From an uncultured Gemmatimonadales bacterium (GTDB lineage: Bacteria; Gemmatimonadota; Gemmatimonadetes; Gemmatimonadales; Gemmatimonadaceae), in contig CAWKMU010000003.1 in the NCBI GenBank assembly GCA_963850905.1, positions 1,184,001 through 1,248,000 on the forward strand: a DNA stretch of 64,000 nt, read 5' to 3'. Both the position numbers and the translations under genes were made by a program. Below the pieces are notes generated by a model. It was not told where the DNA came from, ran no database searches, and saw only the letters and a list, made by a program, of their open reading frames with translations. Position 1 is the first letter of the stretch. Each line of letters opens with the position of its first letter. Shown here one piece after another: positions 1-11,200 of this stretch.

Positions 1-643
1 GGAGATTGACGTTCTGCGCGTTGACCGCCGCGGTGACCTGATCCACGCCGATCCCGCGTGACGCGAGCGCTTGCGGGTTGAGCGCGATGCGCACCGCATA
101 CTTCTGTGAGCCCCAGACCGAGACTTGCGACACGCCGTTGACCATCGAAATGCGCTGCGCGATGGTCGTTTCGCCAAGCTCATCGAGCACGGAGAGCGGC
201 TCGATGCCGGAGGTCAGCACCATGAACAACACGGGTGCAGCCGCCGGGTTCTGACGGAAGAACGAAGGCGGGATGATGCCCGTCGGCAGATTGACGAGCG
301 CCTGGGAGATGCCGGCTTCGACGTCTTGGGCGGCGGCGTTGATGTTGCGATCGAGGTTGAATTGGATCGTGATCGACGTCGACCCCAGCACACTCGACGA
401 CGTCATGTTGTCGATGCCGGCGATCGTCGAGAACTGTTTCTCGAGCGGCGTCGCCACCGCCGCCGCCATGGTCTCCGGGCTGGCGCCGGGCAGCGACGCG
501 TTGACGTTGATCGTCGGATAGTCGACGTTGGGATAGTCGCTCACGGGCAACTTCGTGTAGGCGATCATCCCGAAGATCAGGACGCCCAGCATGACGAGGG
601 TCGTCATGACTGGGCGTCGAATGAAGAGGCCGGTGACGTTCAT
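1..643 (-). CDS. RND efflux permease (AcrB/MdtB/MdtC-like), N-terminal part; runs off the window start
   Basis: Not in the ORF track. Manual translation from ATG at 643 gives MNVTGLFIRRPVMTTLVMLGVLIFGMIAYTKLPVSDYPNVDYPTINVNASLPGASPETMAAAVATPLEKQFSTIAGID, the typical AcrB/MdtB N-terminus. ATGA overlap with the adaptor stop. Confidence 0.93.
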   Translation of the reverse strand, partial: MNVTGLFIRRPVMTTLVMLGVLIFGMIAYTKLPVSDYPNVDYPTINVNASLPGASPETMAAAVATPLEKQFSTIAGIDNMTSSSVLGSTSITIQFNLDRNINAAAQDVEAGISQALVNLPTGIIPPSFFRQNPAAAPVLFMVLTSGIEPLSVLDELGETTIAQRISMVNGVSQVSVWGSQKYAVRIALNPQALASRGIGVDQVTAAVNAQNVNL

Positions 644-2229
644 CCAGAGGTGCTCGGTTGCGCTGGTGTGGCGCCGCCGTTACCCGCTGGCACAAGGCCG
701 CGGATGTTGACCTTCGCGCCCGGCGTCAACCGGGATTGTCCATCGGTCACGACCTGTTGACCCTCGGTCAGACCGGATGCGATCACGGCGGTGTTGGCCG
801 ACGTACGTTCGATGACGACATTTTGTTGGCGCGCCGTGCCCGATTGATCGACGAGGTAGACGTACGTGCCCTGCTGGCCCATCACGACCGCTTGCGCGGG
901 CACCACGAGGGCATTCTCCTCGGTGAAGAGACGGATCGACGTCGAGACGAACTGTCCCGGCCACAGCGTCCGGCTCACGTTCGGGAAGGTCGCCTTGAGC
1001 AGGACCGTGCCGGTCGTCGTATCGACCTGATTGTCGACGAGGCTCAAGGTGCCCTGCTCCGCAGAGGGCATAGGGACTCCGGGAAGTCCCGGCATGGACG
1101 CGGGCCGTCGCTGACGCATGGCGCCACCGCTGGCCGTCGCGCTGTCACCGCCCACCCCATGTCGCTGACCGCCCGAGGCTCCCGCAGTATTGGGAGGACC
1201 GTCCGCACCGCCCCCGGCGGTTGGCGAGCTGCCGGCGGTCGCGGGACCGGTGCCCGCGGGATCCGCCGCGGCACCAGTCGCTCCACCCGCAGGCTGCCCG
1301 CGGTGTCCGCCACGATGGCCATTGCCAGACCCATTCCCGGTAGACGTGCCTATTGGCGGTCCGCTCGGAGGGCCGCCGGCCGAGCCGTTTGCCGCGGATC
1401 CAGGCGCCGGGTCATCGCCGGCGCCCACGGACTGGCCTTGCTGGTCGTCGCTCGACTCGGTCGTATAGGCGGGTGTCGGGCCGTTGAGCGTCGGCTGCGC
1501 GGTCGCACTCGGCGGCAGACCTGGCACGACGGTGACGGGCAATGCCCCGTTGCTCTTGGCGGCGTACTGCTGAATAGCGGGAAGCGTCGTCGCCGGCACC
1601 GCGAAGTGCACCAGGATCGGTTGAATCTGATTGATGAGTACGAGGGGCTGCGCCGTGCCTGAGCGAACCAGGTTCCCCTTCTTGACCAGCAGCTGTCCCG
1701 TCCGACCACCGATTGGGGCGGTGATCGTGGTCCATTGCAGGTTGATCCGGGCCTGTTCGAGCGCCGCGCTGTCCGCCTGGGTGGCGGCTGCGCTCGAACC
1801 CTCGGCCGCGATCATTTGGTCGAGTGTCTCCTTCGTGGCGTAGTCCTTCTGCACCAGTTGGGTGTATCGCTCAGCCTCTGCCTTGGCGTCGGTCCACGTC
1901 GCGAGATCCTTGGCCAGGTTGGCGGCCGCCTGATCGAGCGCCGCCTTGTACGGCTGCGGATCGATCTGGAACAGGATCTGACCCTCCTTCACCTCGTCAC
2001 CTTCCTTGAACGTGACTCGGGTCAGGATTCCGCTGACCTGGGCCTGGACCTGGGCCGTCTGCATCGGCTCGACGGTCCCATTGGCGATGATGTTATAGGG
2101 CACATTCCAATGCGTGACGCGTGCAACCGCCACGGGCACCGGGAGTTGCTTCTGCTTGCCCTTGTCATTGCTGCAACTGACAGTAACGAGCAAGGCGGCC
2201 GCTACGGCGCCTAGCGTGCGTGAATTCAT
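640..2229 (-). CDS. RND efflux periplasmic adaptor (MdtA-like lipoprotein) with a long low-complexity insertion
   Basis: Lipoprotein-like signal LLVTVSC; motifs VKEGQILFQIDP, TITAPIGGRTG, NQVDTTTGT, LWPGQF. Start chosen at MNSRTLG (2229) rather than the ORF-track start at 2394. Confidence 0.9.
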   Translation of the reverse strand: MNSRTLGAVAAALLVTVSCSNDKGKQKQLPVPVAVARVTHWNVPYNIIANGTVEPMQTAQVQAQVSGILTRVTFKEGDEVKEGQILFQIDPQPYKAALDQAAANLAKDLATWTDAKAEAERYTQLVQKDYATKETLDQMIAAEGSSAAATQADSAALEQARINLQWTTITAPIGGRTGQLLVKKGNLVRSGTAQPLVLINQIQPILVHFAVPATTLPAIQQYAAKSNGALPVTVVPGLPPSATAQPTLNGPTPAYTTESSDDQQGQSVGAGDDPAPGSAANGSAGGPPSGPPIGTSTGNGSGNGHRGGHRGQPAGGATGAAADPAGTGPATAGSSPTAGGGADGPPNTAGASGGQRHGVGGDSATASGGAMRQRRPASMPGLPGVPMPSAEQGTLSLVDNQVDTTTGTVLLKATFPNVSRTLWPGQFVSTSIRLFTEENALVVPAQAVVMGQQGTYVYLVDQSGTARQQNVVIERTSANTAVIASGLTEGQQVVTDGQSRLTPGAKVNIRGLVPAGNGGATPAQPSTSG

Positions 2230-2390
2230 CGGGGGATAAAAGTCGTGTGTGGGGGGGCGAGGCGAACGTGCATGCCCCCATACAAAATACTTACGCGCGA
2301 GGCGCGAAATAGTTGGTCGGCGCTTGGCGCCCCGGACGAGGCGATCCAGCCGACCGGGATGGCTCGACGGGCCCGTCATTGACGAAATCC

Positions 2391-3935
2391 TCATCGTGGG
2401 GGCGATTTATGGGATGAGTCGGCGGACAGGCTCAGATTGGCCTCCCCGTGGACCCCGATGATGCCGACGTCATGCGACAACTGGGCAAGGCTCGAGTACC
2501 AGATCCACCGCGCCGAGGCTTCCTGTGACCGGGCGCTGTCGAGAGCGGCCTGAGCCGTAAGGACCGTGAGAATGCTGCCGACTCCTGCTTTGTACTGGCC
2601 CAAAGCCAAGTCGTATGACGCCTGGGCGCTCGCGAGGAGATCGTCAGAGGTTTTCACCCGGGAGGTGGCCGTTCCGAGGTTGTAATAGGACGTGAACACC
2701 TGGTTGACGACGACATCCCGCTCGTAGTCCACGTTCGCAGCGCTCGCCTTCGCTAACTCACTGGCCTGTTTGATGTTAAACCAGTTAGGAACATTAAGGA
2801 TCGGAATGGAGATGCCGAGCGTTGCGGTAAGCACACTTTGGTTCAGCCTCGGCACATCGTAACTCGTCCGGAAACCGGTTGCGCCGAAGGTCAGTGACGG
2901 CAGCCCCTGGCCTCGGACGATACCGACCTCGGCCTTTGCCTGCCGAGCCTGCGCGCGAAATGCGGCAAGGTCCGGTCGCGATCGAACAGCCCGCTCGACA
3001 AGCGTATCGACACTCTCCGTGACGGATTGGATTGGGACGTTCGGCGGCTCGGGGGAAATGTCGTAGGGGATTGTCGCTGGAACTCCCATCGCCACAGCCA
3101 ACGAGCCGCGAGTCGTCTGGACGGTGGCCAAATCAGTTTCGAGCGTCAGGATGGCCTGCGACAACGTGGTTTGGGCCTGCAGGACGTCGGAGTTCGTGGC
3201 CACGCCCACTTGCTTGCGAGCCTGCGCCGCGGCGAGGTTGGCGCTGTCTTCACGCACGCTTTGCGAATCGCCCTGTACGATGGCTTTGGCCGCGTTGTAG
3301 CTGAAATACGCCTGCTCGACAGTCAGAATCGACAGCTGCACCGCCGCGTTGAAATTGAACGATGCCGCGAATGCTGCCTGCTTGGCGTAATTGAAGGAAG
3401 GCATTTCGCCGAAGCTGAAGAGCAACCAGGAGACTGACCCACTGCCTTCCTCGAACGTGTGGAACGCGCTGCCTTGAACAACGACGCCGGAGCTAGTCCC
3501 CGATGCCCCCGAAGCCAAGATGGTTCCTTGGCGCTCCACGAACCCTGACACTGTGGCCTGCGGGAGATACGCCCCGTATGCCGCGCCGATGGTCGCACCC
3601 GCGGCACGTGCTTGGTGGTAGGACTCGCGCGTGAGCGGATTATTGGACATCGCGATATCAACAACATCAGGAAGTGTCAATTTCGCGAGCCGGGGCTCGA
3701 TGTCCGGCGGGACTGGCGTTTGGGGTATAGAATCGCGCGTCACCGCGGCCTTTGGAGGATCCCAGTACTGATTGGGTTTGGTCGGCGCGGCAGGCTTGCC
3801 CCCTACATGCGGGATGCACCCGCCGCCGAAGCACAGGAGCCCCAGCGTCGTGGCGATGCCCGCTGTACGAAGAGGGCCGCGGCGGGAATAGTCGGCGCGC
3901 GGCCTGGCTAGGTCGGTTGAGGTCACGGAATTCAT
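2391..3935 (-). CDS. TolC-family outer membrane efflux protein
   Basis: LTLPDVVDIAMSNNP, RSRPDL and YKAGVGSILTVLTAQ OEP-repeat motifs; lies directly upstream of the adaptor and RND permease. Confidence 0.88.
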   Translation of the reverse strand: MNSVTSTDLARPRADYSRRGPLRTAGIATTLGLLCFGGGCIPHVGGKPAAPTKPNQYWDPPKAAVTRDSIPQTPVPPDIEPRLAKLTLPDVVDIAMSNNPLTRESYHQARAAGATIGAAYGAYLPQATVSGFVERQGTILASGASGTSSGVVVQGSAFHTFEEGSGSVSWLLFSFGEMPSFNYAKQAAFAASFNFNAAVQLSILTVEQAYFSYNAAKAIVQGDSQSVREDSANLAAAQARKQVGVATNSDVLQAQTTLSQAILTLETDLATVQTTRGSLAVAMGVPATIPYDISPEPPNVPIQSVTESVDTLVERAVRSRPDLAAFRAQARQAKAEVGIVRGQGLPSLTFGATGFRTSYDVPRLNQSVLTATLGISIPILNVPNWFNIKQASELAKASAANVDYERDVVVNQVFTSYYNLGTATSRVKTSDDLLASAQASYDLALGQYKAGVGSILTVLTAQAALDSARSQEASARWIWYSSLAQLSHDVGIIGVHGEANLSLSADSSHKSPPR

Positions 3936-4089
3936 TACGCAGTGAACGAGAGTTTTGTTCGGTGGGGGAGAGGCCGAGTTCCGGGAATCGCGACCTAGGT
4001 TACGCTGAGCAAGCTGTCAGGCCGGTGACGAAGGCAGGTCAGGCGCGCGGGTCGTCGCAGTGCCCCGGAACCCGGAAACCCAATGTTGT

Positions 4090-6015
4090 TCAACGGTCGT
4101 TCGATCGATCGTCCAGAGCTCGGAGCTCGTCGGCGGCGCCGAGTAGATAGCCAATGTCGCGCGAGAGGGCGCTTGCCTGCTCCGTGACGCCCGCCACACC
4201 ATCGGCCCCGGAGCTTGCGTTGGAGACGCGGAAACGAACGAGGTCGAGATACAGCGTCTGCAGCATGATGCTGGCGCGATCCAACTGGCTCGCGAGCTCC
4301 GTGCGATGACTGGCGAGCGCCGAACGCTGAGTCGGTGGGCTGTCGACATCAATTCGGTGGAGCGCGGCCGCGAGCGCTCCGACTTGGCTCGCCAGCCCCT
4401 TGGCCGTGGCTTCAGCATTCGGCACCTGCTCCCGCTCGCGCTTATCGAGACCCACGACGATGTCGTGGATGCGATCCCGATCGAGCGCCGCTCGACGCAC
4501 GATGGCACCAAACGGTCCTGCCAGAACCGCAGGTGGTGCGAGTGAGGACGCGGATGGAACCGCCTCGAAAGTCCCCTGTGCGCCGGCCAGACCTTGTCGT
4601 TGAATCGGGGCCGGCATCGCCGAGGGTGGAGAAAACACTTCCCTCAAACTGATGTGGTCTTTCCAGAGCGACCCATACGAGAGAAAGATCGTCAGACCGA
4701 GCCCAAGGTCCGGATAAATCGCCCAGAACTCGTGGGGCGACGTGACGAGGCTCAGGGCGGACAGGAACAGCATAGAGCCACCCATCGACACCAGTGCGCC
4801 GCGAAATCTGTTGATCTTGCGTTGGCGCGGATCCGAGGGCTCGAGCTCTTCTTGATGCTTGCGAGCGCGCCTGAGGGCTTTTTGCTGGGCGCGCGTCAGG
4901 GCCGCAGGAGGCGCTGCGATCGGGATAGGGCCCGGTACTGGAGCACCGTATTGCAGCAGCGGTGAAGCAAACACCGCGGCCGGCGGAGGCGGCGCGAACG
5001 GCGGCGGCGCGGCTGCCGCCGCGGGCGAGCCGGGGATGCGCGGTGCGCTCGATGTTCCCGCCAAGTCAGGGGCAGTATCGGGTGCGTCGAGCGCTTTCAG
5101 GAAGGCGGTCGCGTTCGGAAACCGCTGGTCCGGATCCTTCGCGAGCAGTCGCATCGTCGCTGCTGCGAGTCCGGGCGGTACCCAGGGTGCACGTTGACTC
5201 AGGGGCGGCGGCGCTTCGGAGATCTGCTTGACGAGAATGGACGCGGAGCTCGAGCCGGTGAACGGCAGCGTGCCGCTCAACATTTGGAACGCCAGCACGC
5301 CGAGCGAATAGAGGTCGCTCCGTCCATCGATCTCCCTATCGCCCGCGCACTGTTCGGGACTCATGTAAGCCGGTGTGCCGATCACGACACCGGTGGCTGT
5401 GAGCCGCGAGTCCATTCCCGCGGTGACGGCGCGCGCGATGCCGAAATCCGACACCATGACCCGTTCGCCGTCGTTAGCGAGCAGGATGTTGTCCGGCTTG
5501 ATGTCGCGGTGAATCACGCCGTGGGCATGTGCGTATGCGAGGGCGGATGCGATCTGGCGGAGGATTCGCCGCGTTTCGTCGATGCCCAGCGGACCGGCGG
5601 CGGCCCTGAGGCGCTGTGCCAGGGTCTGGCCGTCGACGAACGCCATGACGAAGTAGACCAGGCCCTCGCGTTCGTCGACGCTGTAGATCGGGACGATATT
5701 CGGATGCGTCAGCTGCGCCGCGGTTTCGGCTTCATGTAGGAACCGCGTTCGGATATCGGATCGGAAGGCGAGATCCGGCGGCAGTACCTTGACCGCGACC
5801 GCTCGTTTGAGGCGTCGATCGAGGGCGTGGTACACGATACCCATCCCCCCCCGGCCGATTTCCCGGTCCACGTCAAACGAGGACCCCAGCGCGCGGGTGA
5901 CCCGGGAGCCGAGCTCGGCATCAGGAGATGGAGGGGCTGCTGCCGGCTGGCTTGGCGGGTCAGCTGGCGGGCCTGCTGGGCTCGAAGCGGGAGGCACTGG
6001 ATCGGATTGGGGCAC
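4090..6015 (-). CDS. Hanks-type Ser/Thr protein kinase with a Pro-rich linker, 2TM-like membrane segment and helical C-terminal domain
   Basis: IGRGGMGIVY, VAVK, HRDIKPDN, DFG and GTPAYMSPEQ motifs; two hydrophobic helices near residues 405-450. Confidence 0.93.
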   Translation of the reverse strand: MPQSDPVPPASSPAGPPADPPSQPAAAPPSPDAELGSRVTRALGSSFDVDREIGRGGMGIVYHALDRRLKRAVAVKVLPPDLAFRSDIRTRFLHEAETAAQLTHPNIVPIYSVDEREGLVYFVMAFVDGQTLAQRLRAAAGPLGIDETRRILRQIASALAYAHAHGVIHRDIKPDNILLANDGERVMVSDFGIARAVTAGMDSRLTATGVVIGTPAYMSPEQCAGDREIDGRSDLYSLGVLAFQMLSGTLPFTGSSSASILVKQISEAPPPLSQRAPWVPPGLAAATMRLLAKDPDQRFPNATAFLKALDAPDTAPDLAGTSSAPRIPGSPAAAAAPPPFAPPPPAAVFASPLLQYGAPVPGPIPIAAPPAALTRAQQKALRRARKHQEELEPSDPRQRKINRFRGALVSMGGSMLFLSALSLVTSPHEFWAIYPDLGLGLTIFLSYGSLWKDHISLREVFSPPSAMPAPIQRQGLAGAQGTFEAVPSASSLAPPAVLAGPFGAIVRRAALDRDRIHDIVVGLDKREREQVPNAEATAKGLASQVGALAAALHRIDVDSPPTQRSALASHRTELASQLDRASIMLQTLYLDLVRFRVSNASSGADGVAGVTEQASALSRDIGYLLGAADELRALDDRSNDR

Positions 6016-6200
6016 CGGGACCGGGCGCGCGGGGAGACGAAGGCCGGCGCTCGGTGTGTGAGCCGTGCGACAGCCTGCCTGCGACAGATACTCTACCTGC
6101 TGCGAGAGATACTACGGTAGGACAGGTACCGGAACAACGGCCGTAACCGCGTTCGGTTTCGATCGTATCCCGTTGGTACTATCGAGACGGACGTTTTCTC

Positions 6201-7410
6201 TTGGACAGTTCCTCACCTAGAAGATCGGGAGAGCAAGCAGCCCCAGTAGGGGCGCCGGGCTCCCTGGAAGGCGCGCCGACCCCACGACCTCCTCGTCCTC
6301 GGGCTCGACCGCCAGTTCGGAAGCGCCGCACGAAGTGGGAACGCCGGCTCTCATCGCCCAAGATTCCTTGGGTGGCCGGCGGCCTGGTGCTCGTGGGGCT
6401 CAGTTGGGCCTTGGCGTGGCGACACCGTGCGGCCGGACGTCCCGAGTACGCGCTCGCCCAGATTGCCACCGCCATTCAGCACGGAGACGGGACCAAGCTC
6501 GCGTACTACGCGGACATGAGCGCGTTCACGGACCAGATCGTCAACGAGACCGTGGACTGGTTAGCTGCGCGACGGGGCCTCGATGAAGCCGTTGCGGGTG
6601 GCGGCTCGGAGCAGCGGGGGACTCGCTCAGCGCGTCTCCAGGATGCCAAGGAAACGCTCAGCGATCGCCTCGGTCGGGCCACGTCGGCCGCACTCGAATT
6701 GCCCGACCAGGAAAAGCAGGCCGTAGGGTCGCGCATGATCGACGCCTTTATCGGCCAGGCCCCGCTGGCCACCATCATGGATGGGGACCATTTGGATGTC
6801 CGATCAGTCGACCGGCCGCTGATCGATGGGACCACCGCAAGGATTCCCGTGACACTGCGCTACCGCGAGCTCGTGGTCGATGTGAAGGTCGCCCTCGTGC
6901 TGCAGCGCAATGGCCAACAATGGCGGTTGGTGGGGATTTCCGGCCTGTCGAACGCTCTGAGCGCGGTCGACAACGCACAGTTCGAGAGGGTCGCCCTCGC
7001 CAATCGGCCGCGCCAAGGGGATCTCGAGCGTCTGGTCGGGATTGGCGCGCCACAGGTGGAACACGTGAAGCCGCGCCGAGCGCGGCCGCTGTATCGATTG
7101 CAGGTTACCGTTACCAATCAGGCGCCCGACTCCATCACCGGGATCACGCTGCTCTTGGCTGCGAGGGGATCTGATGACGACCATGCGACCTCCCTCTCGG
7201 TCGAACACGCCATCCCCTCCGGGCACGACCTCGGCTGAGACGTGGGAGTTCGACGAAGCGGCTACTCGCGGCACCCGTCTGGCCGCCCTGCTTTCGCATC
7301 CCGACCGCCTGACGCTCCGCACCCGCAGCATTGTGCTGGATACTGCGGGGCAGGCGGATACCGTACGGCTGATTCGGAGTTATCGGGAGATTGTGAAGGA
7401 CGAGAACTAA
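6201..7410 (+). CDS. Membrane-anchored hypothetical protein (DUF2939-like N-terminal region), apparent +1 frameshift near 7215-7225
   Basis: TM segment WVAGGLVLVGLSWALAW followed by 'GDGTKLAYYADMSAF'. ORF 6201..7238 appears to continue in the +1 frame (ORF 7174..7410, ...TTSAETWEFD...). Confidence 0.55.
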
Positions 7411-7417
7411 CCGGCCG

Positions 7418-7816
7418 CTAGTACGGAGCTATCGTCAACTGAATGTCGTCCCCCGGATTCACCACCACCATCTCGCCGACCTCGGCCGCGGTGCCGCCGA
7501 CGGGGTCCGCCACGAAGTGCAAGTGGGCGGCTCCGCCGTCGACGAACGACTTCGGGATCTCGAAGGTCGTCGTCCCCAGCCCCGTTGCCAGACCTAATCT
7601 CCAACGCTGACCGGCATCCGTGACGACGTAGATGTCGAAATCCGGGGTCTCCTGGTTTTCGACCGTCAGTTGCGCCGGCCCGTACTGCTCTTCCATCTCC
7701 GGATTTGTGTGGTGGCCGGCGCATGCCGCGATGCCGCCAGCGGCCAGCATGAGGGCGGCCCAGTATCCGGCCCGTGCCACTGCCCTCCTCGATACCCGCT
7801 GCGCGGTGCCACGCAT
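7418..7816 (-). CDS. Small putative lipoprotein, hypothetical
   Basis: Lipobox-like LMLAAGGIAAC followed by a beta-rich domain (LTVENQ...DIYVV...RLG). Start at MRGTAQ. Confidence 0.7.
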   Translation of the reverse strand: MRGTAQRVSRRAVARAGYWAALMLAAGGIAACAGHHTNPEMEEQYGPAQLTVENQETPDFDIYVVTDAGQRWRLGLATGLGTTTFEIPKSFVDGGAAHLHFVADPVGGTAAEVGEMVVVNPGDDIQLTIAPY

Positions 7817-8151
7817 CCTGGGACCTCCGATTTGGAGTGAGCAGCTCGACGCCGCACCGTCTGACGGCAGGCATCCGTGGGGCATTTTGGTAGGCGGATC
7901 CCGCAACACGTGCGGCATTCATGCCACGGGGGACGGGCCGGAATGTAGCCCTTGAGCCAGCCCATTGTCCCCGCGCGGACGCAATTCTTGCAAACACTAT
8001 TCTACGACTTCGCCACTCGCGTGCAACGAACCCGGCGGGCGCACAGAGCGGCCATCGCCCTAAGCAGATTGCGAGTCACGCGGCCGTGCTCGTTCGCGTG
8101 AGTGCACCCTGCGACGAGTTCCCGCACCTCTCCCTGGTCCCTGATTCCACA

Positions 8152-8157
8152 TATAAT
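8152..8157 (+). promoter_or_regulatory. Putative sigma70 -10 element for the glucan synthase gene
   Basis: Perfect TATAAT in a GC-rich intergenic region about 105 nt upstream of ATG 8264. Confidence 0.4.
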
Positions 8158-8263
8158 GCACGTTCCATGCGCCCAGCCCCTGTCACTCCCGGCCACCGCG
8201 TCTCGCGGTGTACGTGCCATGCCGTGTCTCCGGTACGCCGTATGAAAGTGCTGGTCTGACGGC

Positions 8264-11200
8264 ATGCCGACGACACGGGGGGACCTGGCGAGCTGGCTGT
8301 TCGGGCGGCGCAGGGGCGGGACGCCCCGGGCAGGGAGCAGTGCGGACGCCGAGCGGTTCGCCGGACCGATTCGCGGCGAGCTCCTAGGCAGCGAGGGCTT
8401 GGCCGAGCATGCCCGGGCGCTCGCTCGGCAGCAGCGAGTCGCACCGGTAAGCCCGCGTGCGCGCCCCCTGGCGCGCGGCGCACGGCCGCTTCTCAACCGC
8501 CTCGATGAGACCCGTCAGATCCTCGAGTCCACACGTGCGACGCTGGCCGCGGCGGTCCAGCGTGGTGCGGATATCAGCCCCGCCGGCGAATGGCTGCTCG
8601 ACAACTTCTACGTCATTCAGGAGCACTTGCGCGAGATCCGCGCGAGCATGCCGCGAGGCTACTACCAGGAGCTGCCCAAACTGGCTGCGGGGACGCTCAC
8701 GGGGTACCCGCGCGTCTATGAGATCGCGATCAGCTTGATCGGCCACACCGAAGGTCACGTCGAGTTGGAGCACGTCCAGCTCTTCGTGCGCGAGTTCCAG
8801 CGCGGCGCGACGTTGACGACCGGCGAGTTGTGGGCGGTCCCGACGATGCTCCGCCTCGGGCTCATGGAGAACATCCGGCGGATGGCGCTGCGCACGCTGC
8901 AACGCCTGGAAGAGGTGGAGGCCGCCGACGGGTGGGCCGAGCGGTTGCGAAACGCGAGTGACGCAGGTGCGGCTCCCCTGGCGACCGCGTTGGCGTCGTT
9001 CGTGGGTGGGCATCCGCCGTTGACGCCGACGTTCGTCGCTCGATTTCTCCAGCAGCTGCGGACCTACCAGACCAACTTCACACCGCTCGTGTGGCTCGAG
9101 CAATGGATCGCCGAAGACAGCCTGAGTGCGGAGGACGCGGTCTCTCGGTCGAATCAGCGGTTGGCACTGACGCAGGTCATGATGGCCAACAGCATCACGA
9201 GCCTGCGCACGATCGCGCGACTGGATTGGTCCGCGTTCGTCGAGGGGGCAAGTGCGGTCGAGGCGGTGTTGCGCCGCGACCCGACGGGTGCCTACCCGAT
9301 GATGACCTTTGGCACCCGCGACAGGTACCGTCACGTCGTCGAGGACATTGCCAAGGGTACGGGCCTCGAGGAGCGGGATGTCGCGCAACGGGCGCTCGAG
9401 CTGGCACAACAAGCGTGGGCGTCGCTCGTGTCGGCTGAATCGGGCAACGGGGTGCGGCCGCCCGCCGCGCCGGGAGAGCTCTCGAGCGCCGAGGCGGCGG
9501 AGCTCGAGACGGCTCGCCGCCCTAGCCACGTCGGATACTACCTGGTCGATGTCGGGCGAGCGCAGCTGGAGGCGAGCACGCGCTTCCAGCCCCGGTTCGG
9601 ACTGCGTGTCCACCGGTGGGTCCTCAACCACGCCGATCCGGTGTACTTCGGCGGCATCACGCTGTTGACGATCGGGCTGCTGGCCATCGCCTTCCGACTC
9701 GTCGGGCCGTTGGGACTCGGTGCGCAGTTCACGGTGCTGTTGTTCGCGTTGATCCCCGCCAACGACATCGCGATCAGCATCATGCACCAGTTGGTGACGG
9801 TGCTGCTGCCGCCTCGCATTCTGCCAAAACTCGACTTCGAGGATTCCGGCATTCCGGCGTCAGGGCGGACGGTGGTCGTCGTGCCCACGCTGCTCGGCAG
9901 CGTCGACGCGGTGAGGGAGGCGCTCGAGCACCTCGAGGTCCAGTACCTGGCGAATCGCGATCCCCATCTGCAGTTCGCGATCCTGAGCGACTTCACCGAT
10001 GCCACCGCATCGACGTGCGAGGGTGACGGCGCCATTCTCGATGCGGCCGTGCAAGGCATCGAAGCGCTGAACGTGCGGTACCCGGCCAGTCCTGGACAGG
10101 GCGACAGCTTCTTTCTGTTTCATCGCCATCGCCTCTGGAACCCGCGCCAGAAGGTGTGGATGGGGTGGGAGCGGAAGCGCGGCAAGCTCGCGCAGTTCAA
10201 TCGGTACCTGCGCGGAGGCGTGCGCGACGCGTTCTCGGTCATCGCCGGTGACACGCGGCTGCTTCCGCAGGTGCGCTACGTCATCACGCTCGACTCCGAC
10301 ACCGTGTTGCCGCGCGGGACGGCGGCCACGCTCGTGGGCGCCATGGCGCATCCGCTCAACCGGGCGATTTACGATCCCGCGAGCGGTCGGGTCGTTGCGG
10401 GATACGGCATCCTGCAGCCACGCATTGGCATCACGCTGACGAGTGCCAACCGCTCGCGATTCGCGGCCATCTACTCCGGCCATCCGGGAGTCGATCCGTA
10501 CACCACTGCGGTCTCCGACGTCTATCAGGACCTGTTCGCCGAGGGGAGCTATACCGGGAAAGGCATTTACGATGTCGACGCCTTCGAGCTGGCGACGCAC
10601 GGGCGCTTTCCCGAGAACACGCTGCTCAGCCACGACCTGATCGAGGGCGCGTACTCGCGTGCGGCCCTGGCGACCGACATTGAGCTGTACGACGACTTCC
10701 CGACGCGCTACCTGACCTACACGCGACGCAAGCACCGGTGGATCCGGGGCGACTGGCAGTTGCTGCGTTGGCTGGGTAGGCGTGTGCCGGGGCCGGACGG
10801 TCCGGAACCGAACCGGCTGTCGGCGATCTCTCGCTGGAAGATCTTCGACAATCTGCGGCGCAGCGTCGTCGAGATCGCCCAGCTCGTGCTGCTCGTCGCC
10901 GGATGGCTCTTTCTGCCCGGCACGCCGCTCGTCTGGACAGCCCTCGTCGTGGCGGGCATCGCCTCACCGTGGGCGTTTTCGCTCGCCTTGTCAGTGGTGC
11001 GGCTCCCCAGCGGACGATTCGTGGCGCGCGTATTACCGCGCGATTGCTCGGGATGCAGTCGACGAGCCTCCAGCAGATTGCGCTGGCGATCGTCTTCCTC
11101 CCGCACCAGGCGGCGGTATCGGCGGATGCCATCGGGCGCACATTGTGGCGGCACGTCGTCACTCGGCGCCTCCTGCTCGAGTGGCAGACCGCCTCGCAGG

